From the NCBI GenBank assembly GCA_024137785.1, contig JAHRHZ010000062.1, positions 28,920,937-28,984,936 of the forward strand: DNA of 64,000 nt, read 5' to 3'. Below the pieces are notes generated by a model. It made no database searches. It had not been told where the DNA came from and worked only from the letters and a program-made list of their open reading frames with translations. Of this stretch, positions 53,374 to 64,000 are shown piece by piece. The translations under genes and the position numbers were made by a program. This DNA is from Ginglymostoma cirratum (taxonomy: Eukaryota). The number at the start of each line of letters is the position of its first letter. Position 1 is the first letter of the stretch.

Positions 53374-54950
53374 CTAAAACACCAAAACAGTTTTGTTGGT
53401 TACTATAGTTTACAAAGGGAAAATGATCGGTAAACAAAAAAATTCTCATCTTTTGACTATTAGTGTGTACAGTTATTGTCTTTGGTATCATTTTACAACA
53501 GATTATCCACAACTGGCTTATGCACGGTCATATTCTTATTCAGGGTCATATATTTTAGCATATACTTCAAAATTCATGAATTAGTTTCCTATGAGCAGTA
53601 TCAGAAGTCAGTAAAAATTGAGTATACAGACCAGTTAACTTTTTTTTTTGTAATCAGGTTTCCAAATCAATCTGAAATCTATCAGGTGTATATCTATAAT
53701 TTCTTAGTATTCACATCAGAGAGATTTTTAAATCTTTTAAGGAATTTTAGAGAAAAATACAAGGTTATCCAAATTCTATTGGCTGCCTCTTTTTGAAAAG
53801 CCAAGAATAACAATACAATCAAAGCTTTCCTCTTTGTGTAAAAACCCTTTCATTTCCCCTCATTCTTTCAAGTCACATACACCTGCACATAGGACATCAG
53901 CTCTGTGGGTTTCATCATGCTGCTCTTCAGACAGCGAAGAAGATACACTGCAGTACATAACAGGATGCAACTCCTCGATCTTTCAACTCAGATAGTACAC
54001 CAGTCTCCACTCTACTGCACTGACATTGGGATTATTGCATGGAATCTACATTTTTGCAGTGTAAAAATGATAATTATCATTTTTTATTCTTCTTTGATAA
54101 AACACTCAACATCAGCTAGTAACTTAATCCGAGTATATTCCCTTTTTGAAGGCCTTCAGTCATCATAATTTTACCTTCAGTTATTATTTTTACTGAAAGT
54201 CTCCCTTTTATGATTGCTGTCATTACTGACTAGTCAGTCAACATTGTGGACATTTCCAAATCAGAGTGTTGTTGCTGCAGAAAAGTAGACTTCTGAAAGG
54301 CTTGAGGAGAACTAAGTTCATTCATACTTCTTTTGTTCACACTAGAATGGAAGTGTTGCAATTGGACCAGTACTCCACTTGGTGCCTCAGCTGAGAAAAA
54401 TCAGCACCTTCAATATCATAAATTGGATACTGCTTAACAGTTTATTGCATGAGCTGTTGATTCACCCTCAAATGTCAATATTTCATGAAAGAAAATTCTG
54501 CTGACTCATTGATGCTACTTTTTACTTTTGATTTGTTTTTGAAAGAAGATGTGGTGTTGTTCCAATATGCCATAAATATTGCTTAAAAATTTAAAAATTA
54601 AAACAGAAATTGGAAGTTTAGAATCCAAATGCACTGAAAATTATAACATTTTGGTGCTTGGTCTGTTACTGCTTTGATTTTTGAAATGGATCTTGAAACA
54701 CATCCCTTGATTAGAAACTGTACAAACTTCTGATTTGTCTTTGAAAATCATGGATCTAAAAACTAGTAATGCAAAACGAAAGTCATAAAATATTTCTAAA
54801 CGTTCAAAATCTGAACCATAATACTTTATGTTCAACTTTTCTAAATTAATTCTTTAACCATAATTTAATATAGTTGTGCATAAAGTTATCTGTGTATAAG
54901 TTAACTTACACTAAATCATAGCAAAATAAACCATTAGTTAGAAAACTAAC

Positions 54951-55088
54951 CTGACTAAGAATTCTTCCAGATTGTCCACCTGTCATCTCTACAAGTTCAA
55001 AAATGGGAAAGTTCCAATTATTTAGCTTTTCCATGCATAAGTCAGTGCTTTGCCCTTCTATCAGCTCAACTGAAAGTTCTGGCAGCTG
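54951..55088 (-). CDS. PDE3B: PDE3B exon (about 9), start of catalytic domain; TAGCAG tandem acceptor (alternative start 55085)
   Basis: (Q)LPELSVELIEGQSTDLCMEKLNNWNFPIFELVEMTGGQSGRILSQ, donor gttagt, phase 0 to 0. Confidence 0.92.
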
Positions 55089-55399
55089 CTATTGGTTTAA
55101 AAAGACAAGATGTCAAAGTTTACGTCACGGTATCGCATTTTGCACAGCATTTTTTTCTTTCAAATGTTATCAACTCTTCCAAAAAAGATCAGGTATACGA
55201 TCTGTCCCCTCACCAGCACCTACCCATGCAAGCATAGGAATCTATCCTTTCACTTCTTCTCTTCCCAAAGTTTCAGGCCGCAAACACTCCTTCTAGGCGA
55301 AACAGCAATTTATTCGTATTTCATTCAACTGAGCGTACTGCCAAAAGTAGATTAGGTGTCTACTTTGCTGATTACTTCTGTTCAGTTCTGAGTTCTTGA

Positions 55400-56060
55400 C
55401 CACAAACAGGAGGAGCTATCAAACCCATCCAATTACCACCCATCAGTCTACTCTATATTAATAACAAGGTGATGTAGTCTATGCACTTAGTGACACTCAA
55501 TTTGGATATTGCGAGGCCAGGGCAGCTCCTGACCCCATTTCAGCCTTCGTCCAAACATGTACAAAATAGCTGAACTCTAGAAGTGAGCAAAGGACAAAGA
55601 GTGACAGACCTTAATATTTGAGCAGCATTTGATCTGTGATATTGAGGAGTCCAAAGAAAACTGGAGTCAAAGTAAATCGAGGAAAAACTCTCCACTGTTT
55701 CAATTCATACCAAATACAAAAGAAAATGGTTGTGGTTTTTGGAAGCCAATCAATTTAGCCAGAGAACATCATTGCAAAAGGTCCTCAGGGCCAAGCATCA
55801 TAGGTCCACTATTTTTATCTGCTTTTTAAAGGACCTTCCCTCCATCATAAGGCCAGAGGTGGGGATGCTTGCTGATGATTGCACGATGTACAACATCATT
55901 TCTAACTCCTCAAATATTGAAGCAGGCTTTATCCAAAGGGAACAAAACCTGGCATATAACGTTCATGACACACACACACAATAACCTGGGCAATGACCAT
56001 TTCTAAAAAAAATCCAACCGTTGCCCCTTGATGTTCAATGGCATTACCATCACTGAATAT
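55400..56060 (+). mobile_element. Decayed LINE RT fragment (second family)
   Basis: DLPSIIRPEVGMLADDCTM (RT catalytic ADD motif). Confidence 0.75.
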
Positions 56061-56319
56061 TCGTATGGTAGAATATTCAACAGGGTCAAGAAAAGTTCTT
56101 GATATTAACTGCAATATTTAACATGACATGAAATGTCAAAAACAATCCACTCATGATTTGCTACCAATAATTTCTAAGCAATTTCCACAAGAATTCAGAT
56201 ACAAATTCGATGGTTATGTTACATAAAGTGTTCATATAGGTATGATTGATCGAATCTATTGCACGACTGCTGCATCAGTAAACAAAAACAAAGAATCAAA
56301 ACTGAAAAATTGGTCTCAC

Positions 56320-56462
56320 CCCAGACTGGTTATTTTGCGCTTGCGTCTGCTGGTCCTCATTACTTATAAATTTCATGGATCCTTCATTTTCTAATTGTTC
56401 CTTTCTGTCAGCTCCAGATGTGTGTTCATCTTTAATTCCATCGTCAGGAGCTGTACCTTCGT
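56320..56462 (-). CDS. PDE3B: PDE3B exon (about 8), divergent linker
   Basis: ttttttaaag acceptor, gtgaga donor. 143 bp, phase 1 to 0, bridging both neighbours in frame. Acidic linker EGTAPDDGIKDEH...NNQSG; sequence similarity is weak. Confidence 0.8.
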
Positions 56463-57057
56463 CTTTAAAAAACAGAAATTCATTACATGGTATATCTTCC
56501 ACCATTCCATCTCATTTGTGGAAGTGCTATTTTGTACACCAAGTACTAACTAAGAACTTCCTTCTTACATGAGGATATAAATTTCACTTAAATTGTTTTA
56601 AAGTTTGATCTTAAACCTAAAACTGATGAATACGTGGAGAGGAAAAAAACTGCCTCGACAGGAAATAAGCTAATTATTACAATGCAAATCCAACTTATGA
56701 AACAATATTTAAAACTATGCAGTTTATTTTTATGCAATGTTTTAATATATTGTCAGATAATATGCCTGTAATGCTAATTTTTCAGAAAAAAAAGTTGATT
56801 ATTGTTTATTGCAATACACACATTATTAAAAGTGACTGGGTTACTCAAATTGAGAAATTCTACCAGATTGGAGCAAAGCCACAAATCTAGAATTTAATTA
56901 GTGTTGTATAAATGCTTTCATAAGATGAGAAAATTAACAATGTCCCCTACTCTGTCCAACATTCTGCCAGCTAATCAAGAACAAGCAGATCCCAACATTT
57001 GTGTCATGAGAGAAAATCATATTGTTGCTAAAGAAGGAAAACTCAATTAGCACATAC

Positions 57058-57152
57058 CTTGTGTTTTGGTACAGGGTGATTCTGCAACTGACTGCAAACT
57101 GCTTTCTCCTAAATCAATGTTTTGCACTGATCTAAGCATATGTCGTCCACAA
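57058..57152 (-). CDS. PDE3B: PDE3B exon (about 7)
   Basis: ttccag acceptor, gtatgt donor. (S)CGRHMLRSVQNIDLGESSLQSVAESPCTKTQ. 95 bp, phase 2 to 1. Confidence 0.85.
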
Positions 57153-58619
57153 CTGGAACAAATTCATTTTAACAGATAGAAATAAGAAGCAATTCTTAAA
57201 CAAATTTCTTTACCAACAATCCAGAATGATCAAGTTTCCTTCTATACATCATTGTCCTGCATTAAGTTCCAAGATTTACAAAACTGGTTGAACTTTGTTT
57301 GCAAATACATGATGTTCTATTAACAATTGTTAAAAAAGAGATCAAATTCAAAGCTTTTCATCTTGCACTCATTAGAACAAGGTTGTAAGAAACACACTGG
57401 AAAAATAGAAGGCCGATTTATACAGCATAAGAGGGTACTGATATGTTAAAACATCATTGACTATTCATGCTGCACACTGAAATACCAATGTCAAACTTAG
57501 TTCTCAGACCTGAAAGGGAGACTGACTGGTCAAGGTGTTGCCATGGGAGTGCAACAGACACTGGCAGCCTCCATGATGCCTTTGGTTTTATCAAATTAAA
57601 AGCACAAAATGTGTATGAATTCCTTTGCCAACATAAAACTGCGTCCTATGTATCAATATATGTAGCTTCTAACACACGCAAATGTGTCACATAGCAAGTG
57701 TGACTGATTATCTTCATTTTGTTTCCAGCATAACTCTTAACACGATTGGATTATTTAAGAATTAACTTTCAACAGAAAAATCACATTCGATTTGTGCGTA
57801 TTTTTCCAAGGCTTACAAGCCCGACCTGGTTGAGCTAGATCAACATGCTGCCTACAGCATGGTCGGTGGGATGTATTGTTTGATAATAGTCTGCTAGCCT
57901 ACATAACTTTAATCACACCAGCACTGAAATTCATATATCACTCATTTGTGCAGTAGGAAAAACATGTTTCTGGCTTGATGGTATCATTCCATCAATGGAG
58001 ACAACCAATCAGGCATGAGAGTGCTAGCTTTGCCTATTGTTGAAATTAGTGAGACACTTTCCTTTTAGAGGGCAATCTGGGAACTGCTCAGGGCAAAAAA
58101 AAGCGGACAGAGGCCCTTTCATGAGTTTTTGCAATATACAAGGAGTGACAATTTGATTGGGTAGCCATTGCCTTGCAAGACGGTTTTAAAATGCCCTATT
58201 GCAACATTACATTTTCATGGTGAGTAGATGGTTAGGGCTCAATAACACAGACCTCGTAGCACATAAAACTGCAGGACACTCAATATGTATATTGATCAGT
58301 GGCATAGGTTTTTGGTAGATAATACTAAAGAAGCTACTGGCAGATTTCTCAACTCGCATAGGGTGAAGGGAGCTTGTTTGATTGCTCCATTTCAATGATG
58401 AATTTGTGGGCAGAATACAGTTTATTAAGTTTCTATGTAGGCATTGTACAATTTTCATGAAAGTGAAGGAATATCTTTCACAGTGTACCTGGAAAATTCA
58501 TTTTGCACTGGTTGCAACAGCTTACACACCGTGTAGCCAATTCTTTTTTGCATACCCAGTCACAGTTAAAACAGATCATAAAGGGACCTCACTTGAAGTC
58601 CATTATGGGTAGACACACA

Positions 58620-59128
58620 GAGCCGGTGGTTACCCTACTATAGAAAGGGTGTTAGTAAACTGGAGAGAGTGCAAAAACGATTCACAAGGTGTTACCGAGA
58701 CTGGAAGGTTTGAGGTATGAGGAAAGGCAGGATGGGCTTGGACTTATTTTCACTGGAGCATAGATGGCTGAGCACTGACCTTATAGAGGTTTATAAAATC
58801 ATGAGGGGCATTGATAAGGTGAATAGTCAAGGTCTTTTTCTCAGGGCAAAGGAGTTCAAAACTAGAGGGCACAGATTTAAAGCGAGAGGGGAACGGTTAA
58901 AAAGGGACTGGAGATGGAACCTTTTTGCGCAGAGGGTAATACATATGCGGAATGAATCAGAGGAAGTGGTACAGACAGATTCAAATTTGGACAGGTACAT
59001 GAATAGGAAAGGTTTAGAGGAATAAGCATCAAATACAGGCATATGGGACTAGTTCAGTTTGGGAAACTTGGTGGAATGGAAGAATTGGGCCAAATGGCCT
59101 GTTTTCGTGCTGTACAACTCTATGACAA
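58620..59128 (+). mobile_element. CR1 3' fragment
   Basis: LFSLEHRWLSTDLIEVYKIMRGIDKV...TRGHRFK, with tail actctatgac. Confidence 0.88.
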
Positions 59129-60078
59129 ATCCGCATGCTGATCATGCTAAACCAGCCCATGCTTGTAAGCCTCAGAATATTATACTCATAATTCAATGTG
59201 ATTCTGCTACTAGAAGCCATTTATTAAATAATCTAGACTGTGCTCAGAGTTATATTGGAAAATAATTTAAAATCATCAGTGGGATGCACAGTGTAATGCA
59301 TTTGCATGTGCTAACCTTTATTATGTAGGCAAAAGGAATGTATTCATACATGTATTCACATTTTTAATGAAAAAAAAGGGGGTCACGATGACTTCGATAA
59401 TCTGCTGCATTCCCATGGCAACATTCTGACCAAGATGCCTTAAGAGAAAACAAGACTTGTTTTAAAGGTCTGTAAGAAAATCACATCAGTGACTGGAGTC
59501 AGAGCTTAAAACACCAAAAATTACTGTTGAATGCTTTAGTTTAAATTATAATTGTGTAAGTAACATGAGTAACTGGAAATATCGAATTCTAAAACTGAAC
59601 AATAAAAGTTCAAACATATTTTGCAATAATAATGATCAAGTTCAATACTGGAATGGAGTGTTTATCATAGTTGATAAGTTAAAAATGGAACATTTACAGA
59701 TGATCCTTCATGAAATAAAACATTGAAAAATTTAGAATTCCCTTCCATGTGATTTGCAATTTAGAAGTAAAATCATGAATGTCTTCTTTGTGTTGCACTG
59801 TAAATATCTGTTTCATATTTTGATTAGGGATGTGTTTGTGTATATAATTTTGAAGAAAGACTAGGTCCTTTAAAAGAAAAATATAACACTTCAAAAATTT
59901 GCTAACTCTATTCATTTTAACTGTGAAAAGAGGTTTGCAGCCAGCTTCGTTGGTGACAAATAACAACCACAGTACAGTTTGTTATAAACCTTCTTTTGGA
60001 ACATAAAAGAATCCCAGTATTTCTAAAGGGTTCAAATCCCTGACACATCTTTCAGTGCACACATTCAGTAATGCATCA

Positions 60079-60321
<243 letters not shown>

Positions 60322-61059
60322 TCAAGAGATACCACAGATATTTCTCTGAAACTGGTTTGGTCGCGAGAATAAAGCTATGCGCGTTTTATCCCAAATTACC
60401 TTTTACATTTCACTTTTTTTTGATTTGTCAACAGCAGTCGAGAGAACAACCTATTTCTAGCAATCTACAAAGCGCTTCTGAGCTACCAATTAGAAGGGAT
60501 GATTAAAGAGCAAGGCAATCTGTCCTTCAACAATGCTCCCCTCGTTTCCCTGCAGCACTGCATGGCCACCAGTTTTCGTACAGAACTGAAATTAACTCAG
60601 TAGCATGGGAGATTGCAGAAGTAAATCCACACTTCAACACTGTGCGGCAGCATGTACCACAGCTCAGATTAACAATTACTTCCCCAGCAGCAAACACAGA
60701 TGGTGTTTAGTGCTACAAGAGCAAGGTGTCATTAATGATGATGAATTTCAATTGTCTATTCATACTTTATAAAATGTCAGCCATACACAGGTGCCTTGGG
60801 TTTTACCAGTGAGCAATTCTATTTTTCAAGTTCTAATTGTTTTGGATCACGTACAAGTCAGAATAAATCCAAACGTTTCTAATCATTACACAATATTACT
60901 CAGAATTGACAGTCATTAGTAATGAAGAAAAATACTTGCAAGGTAACATTTAGACAATTGGAAACATACAGTAACAGATAGCAAAAAAAAACTTATGTAC
61001 AGATATAAAAACATTAGTTCAACACACAACTGAAATTTGTAGCCTTGTCTTTAATAGTT

Positions 61060-62430
61060 ATATGTCTAATTTTTGTACTAGTTTCTTAAACAGGGGAAAT
61101 ACTAGAAAGAATACTGATAACTTGAGAGAGATCCAAAACTAAACTGAGCTTATAACAACAGCAAATAAATTGAGGTGCACTGCAGTCTGGGGTGCAGAGA
61201 GTGTGGGGGAGCAGGAAAAGGGAAAATGTTGAAAAAGCCTCAGCAAAAAAGTTGGCAGATGGTGGAACAGGAGGTAAAATGTGAATTTATTCATTTTGGC
61301 AGGAAGTTTAACAGTATTACTTAAATGGAGAATGACTGCAGAATTATGAGGTGCGAAGAGATTTACATTTTCCGGTGCCTGAGTCACTAAATGTTCATTA
61401 CAGCATGTAATCAAGAAGGCTAACAAGATGCTTTTCTTAATTACAATAGGAATTGAACATAAATGTGAGGATATTATGTTGTCCACCTGCTATGGATTGA
61501 CCCACAATGCCATTAGGGAGGGAATTCCAGGATTTTGACCCATTGACAGCAAAGCTATATATTTCAAAGTACAGATGGCGAGTGACTTGGAGGGGAGCTT
61601 GAAGGTGGTGGTGTTCACATATATCTGCTACATTTGCCCTTCTAGATTGAAGTGGTCGTGCGTCTTGAGAGGTTGAGTAGATTGGGCTTGTGTGCATTGG
61701 AATGTTGAAGAATACGGTGACCTTATTGAAACGTGCAAGATTCTTAGAGAACTTGGTAGATTGACAAGGCGAAACATTTCTGTGACAGTCTAGGACCAGA
61801 AGATACGATGTCACATTAAGGGATTGCCTTAATATACAGACAAGGAGGAATTTCTTCTGAGGATATTAGATTTTTGGAGTTCTTTACTATAGAATGCTGG
61901 AGAGGCTGGGTTATGAAGTGTTTTCAAGGCTGAGACAGAAAGATTTTTAACCAATAAGGGAATCCAAAGTGAACTTGAGGATCAGCCATGTTCTCACTGA
62001 ATGGCAGAGCAGATTCAATGAACTGAATGGCCAGCTTCTGATCCTTCACATTATGAGGGGCAACTTGATTGAAGTATCTAAGATCCAGAATATCTTGACA
62101 AGGTCGAAGTGCGAAGTATGTTTCCTCCTGAAGCTTAGTCGAGAACGAGGGGACACTGTTTTAAAATTAGGATCTTACTTGCGAGACAGATGATGAGAAT
62201 GTTTTTCTCTAAAATAACTATGTAACTTTGAACTTTTTGCCTCAGAAGGCAGTAGGGCATTATCAATGAATATTTTAAAAGACAGAGGTGAGAGATTTTT
62301 GTTAGGCAGGAGGATCAAGGATTATTGTAGGTAGATAGGAATGCAGATCGGAGACACAAACAGATCAGCTATGATCTAATCGAAGACAACGGCTGAATAG
62401 TCTACTTCTATTTCTATTTTTTATGTTTTT
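61060..62430 (+). mobile_element. Composite of old CR1 and other LINE fragments
   Basis: Several CR1 3' motifs, plus a - strand SKSWNSLP fragment of the second family at about 61490-61670. Confidence 0.65.
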
Positions 62431-62669
62431 AAACACAACGAGGATTTCAATATTCATATAAACTTGAAAAAAGAAATTGGCAGAAGTAGTTTGCATAGCT
62501 AAGTAGGGAAAGTTTACTGAGATAAATTGGAATATTAAATCGAAAGGTACGATGGTAGATGAGTAATGGTATACATTTCAGAAATATTTCATAATTCTCA
62601 ACAAATATACATGCTATTGAAATATAAGCGTGGCTAGAGGAGCAGCAGTTTTTGGAGCACAAGTCTTCA

Positions 62670-63045
62670 GTACTACTGCCGGAATGCTGTCAGGGCGTAT
62701 AGCCTTTGCAGTATCCAGTGCCTGTAATCATTTTGTGATATCCTGTGAAGTGAATTAAATTGGCTGAAGACTGGTATCTGCGATGCTGAGGACCACTGAT
62801 AGGGGCCAGGATTGATCATACTCTCTGCACTTCTGGTTAATGATTGCTGTGAATGCTTCAGCCTTGTCTTTTGCGCTGATGTGTTGGTCTGTTCTGTCAT
62901 TGAGGATGGGGATATTTTTAGTTCTCCTCCCTCCTCCCATTCACAGTTGAATGTGGCAGGACAGCAGAGTTTAGCACTGATCCATTGGTTGTGGGATCAT
63001 TTAACTCCGTCTATTGTTTGTTGCTTACTCTGTTTGTCATGCAAA
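62670..63045 (-). mobile_element. LINE fragment (second family)
   Basis: NIPILND...HISAKDKAEAF, homologous to 9810-10070 and 17085-17310. Confidence 0.8.
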
Positions 63046-63379
63046 AGTCATGTTCGGTGTATTCAGAGATTCATCTCTAGATCACTAAATGGGTTAAGAG
63101 GCAAAGGAATAGAACATATGTTCAGACTGCCATTTGTTGCAAGGGAAGTATTCTGAGTGGTTCTTCGTTAAAGCACAAGACAAAATTCACAGGATTTCCA
63201 ACACAAGTTCTTCTACCATAACCTCACAAAGGTGAAGCACAAAGTTCCAGTTTCACACTGAGAATAACTTCCATTGTGTTGGATGGCACTATCACAGTGC
63301 TAAATGGGACAGACTTCCAGCAGTACAAGACTGGGCATCCATGAGGCACTGTGGAACATCAACAGCAGCAGAATTATAC

Positions 63380-64000
63380 ACCAACCAGCATAGCCTCCCT
63401 GTTTTTAAACTCCATCCCTCGAGCAATGGCAGACAAAATTGCAATTGCCTTTTTAATCACCTGCTGCACCTGCAATCCCACCTTCAGCGATTCATGCACA
63501 AGGACACCCAAGTCCCTTTGCACAGCAGCGTGCTGCAATTTTTTACCATTTAAAACATAGTCCATTTTGCTGTTATTCCGACCAAAATGGATGACCTCAC
63601 ACTTATCAACATTGTACTCCATCTGCCAGACCTTTGCCCACTCACTTAGACTATCTATATCCCTCTGCAGACCTTGTGTCTTCTGCACACTTTGCTCTGC
63701 CACTCACCTTAGTGTCATCTGCAAAGTTTGACACACCACACTTAGTCCCCAACTCCAAATCATGTATGTAAATTGTAAACAATTGAGGTCCTAACACTGA
63801 TCCCCGAGGCATACCACCAGCCACTGACCGCCAACCAGAAAAACATCCATTTACCCCTACTCTTTGCTTTCTTTTGGTCAGCCAATCGTCTATCCGTGCC
63901 AATACGTTACATGTAATACCGTGCAACTTTATCTTATATAGCAGCCTTTGGTGAGGCACCTTGTCAAATGCCTTCTGGAAATCCAGACACATCACATCCA
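63380..64000 (-). mobile_element. Relatively well-preserved CR1 RT fragment, running off the window edge
   Basis: LDFQKAFDKVPH...PRGSVLGPQLFTIYIHDL...FADDTK, then a frameshift into LQRDIDSLSEWAKVWQMEYNVDKC. Confidence 0.92.

Noticed and set aside
63374-63995. Possible functional reverse transcriptase gene
   Set aside because: Frameshifted at about 63650-63700 and truncated at about 63380, so it is a dead CR1 copy.

Overview
AT-rich vertebrate genomic DNA, very likely from a shark or ray: it carries HE1-type V-SINEs, CR1/HER1-like LINEs and Penelope-type terminal repeats. Two spliced genes converge tail-to-tail. CYP2R1 (vitamin D 25-hydroxylase) is on the + strand, with coding exons 2-5 at 1163-19723; exon 1 lies upstream of the window. 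PDE3B is on the - strand, with its last 11 coding exons (about exons 6-16) at 37197-60290; the 5' exons lie beyond the right edge. All exons were placed by hand using GT-AG boundaries and matching codon phases, and both reading frames are intact. Most of the rest is decayed and often nested retroelements, and most ORF-track entries are TE fragments, antisense shadows or noise. I found no convincing novel protein-coding system. The best leads are RNA- and regulatory-level: fossil minimal hammerhead ribozymes in Penelope-derived repeats, an inverted SINE pair bracketing CYP2R1 exons 3-4 (possible stop-free 963-nt circRNA), a strong CTCF-like site, a tandem STAT5-type GAS pair, and a Cys-rich PDE3 insert. 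Repeat boundaries are approximate and family names come from recalled consensus features, not from a database search.
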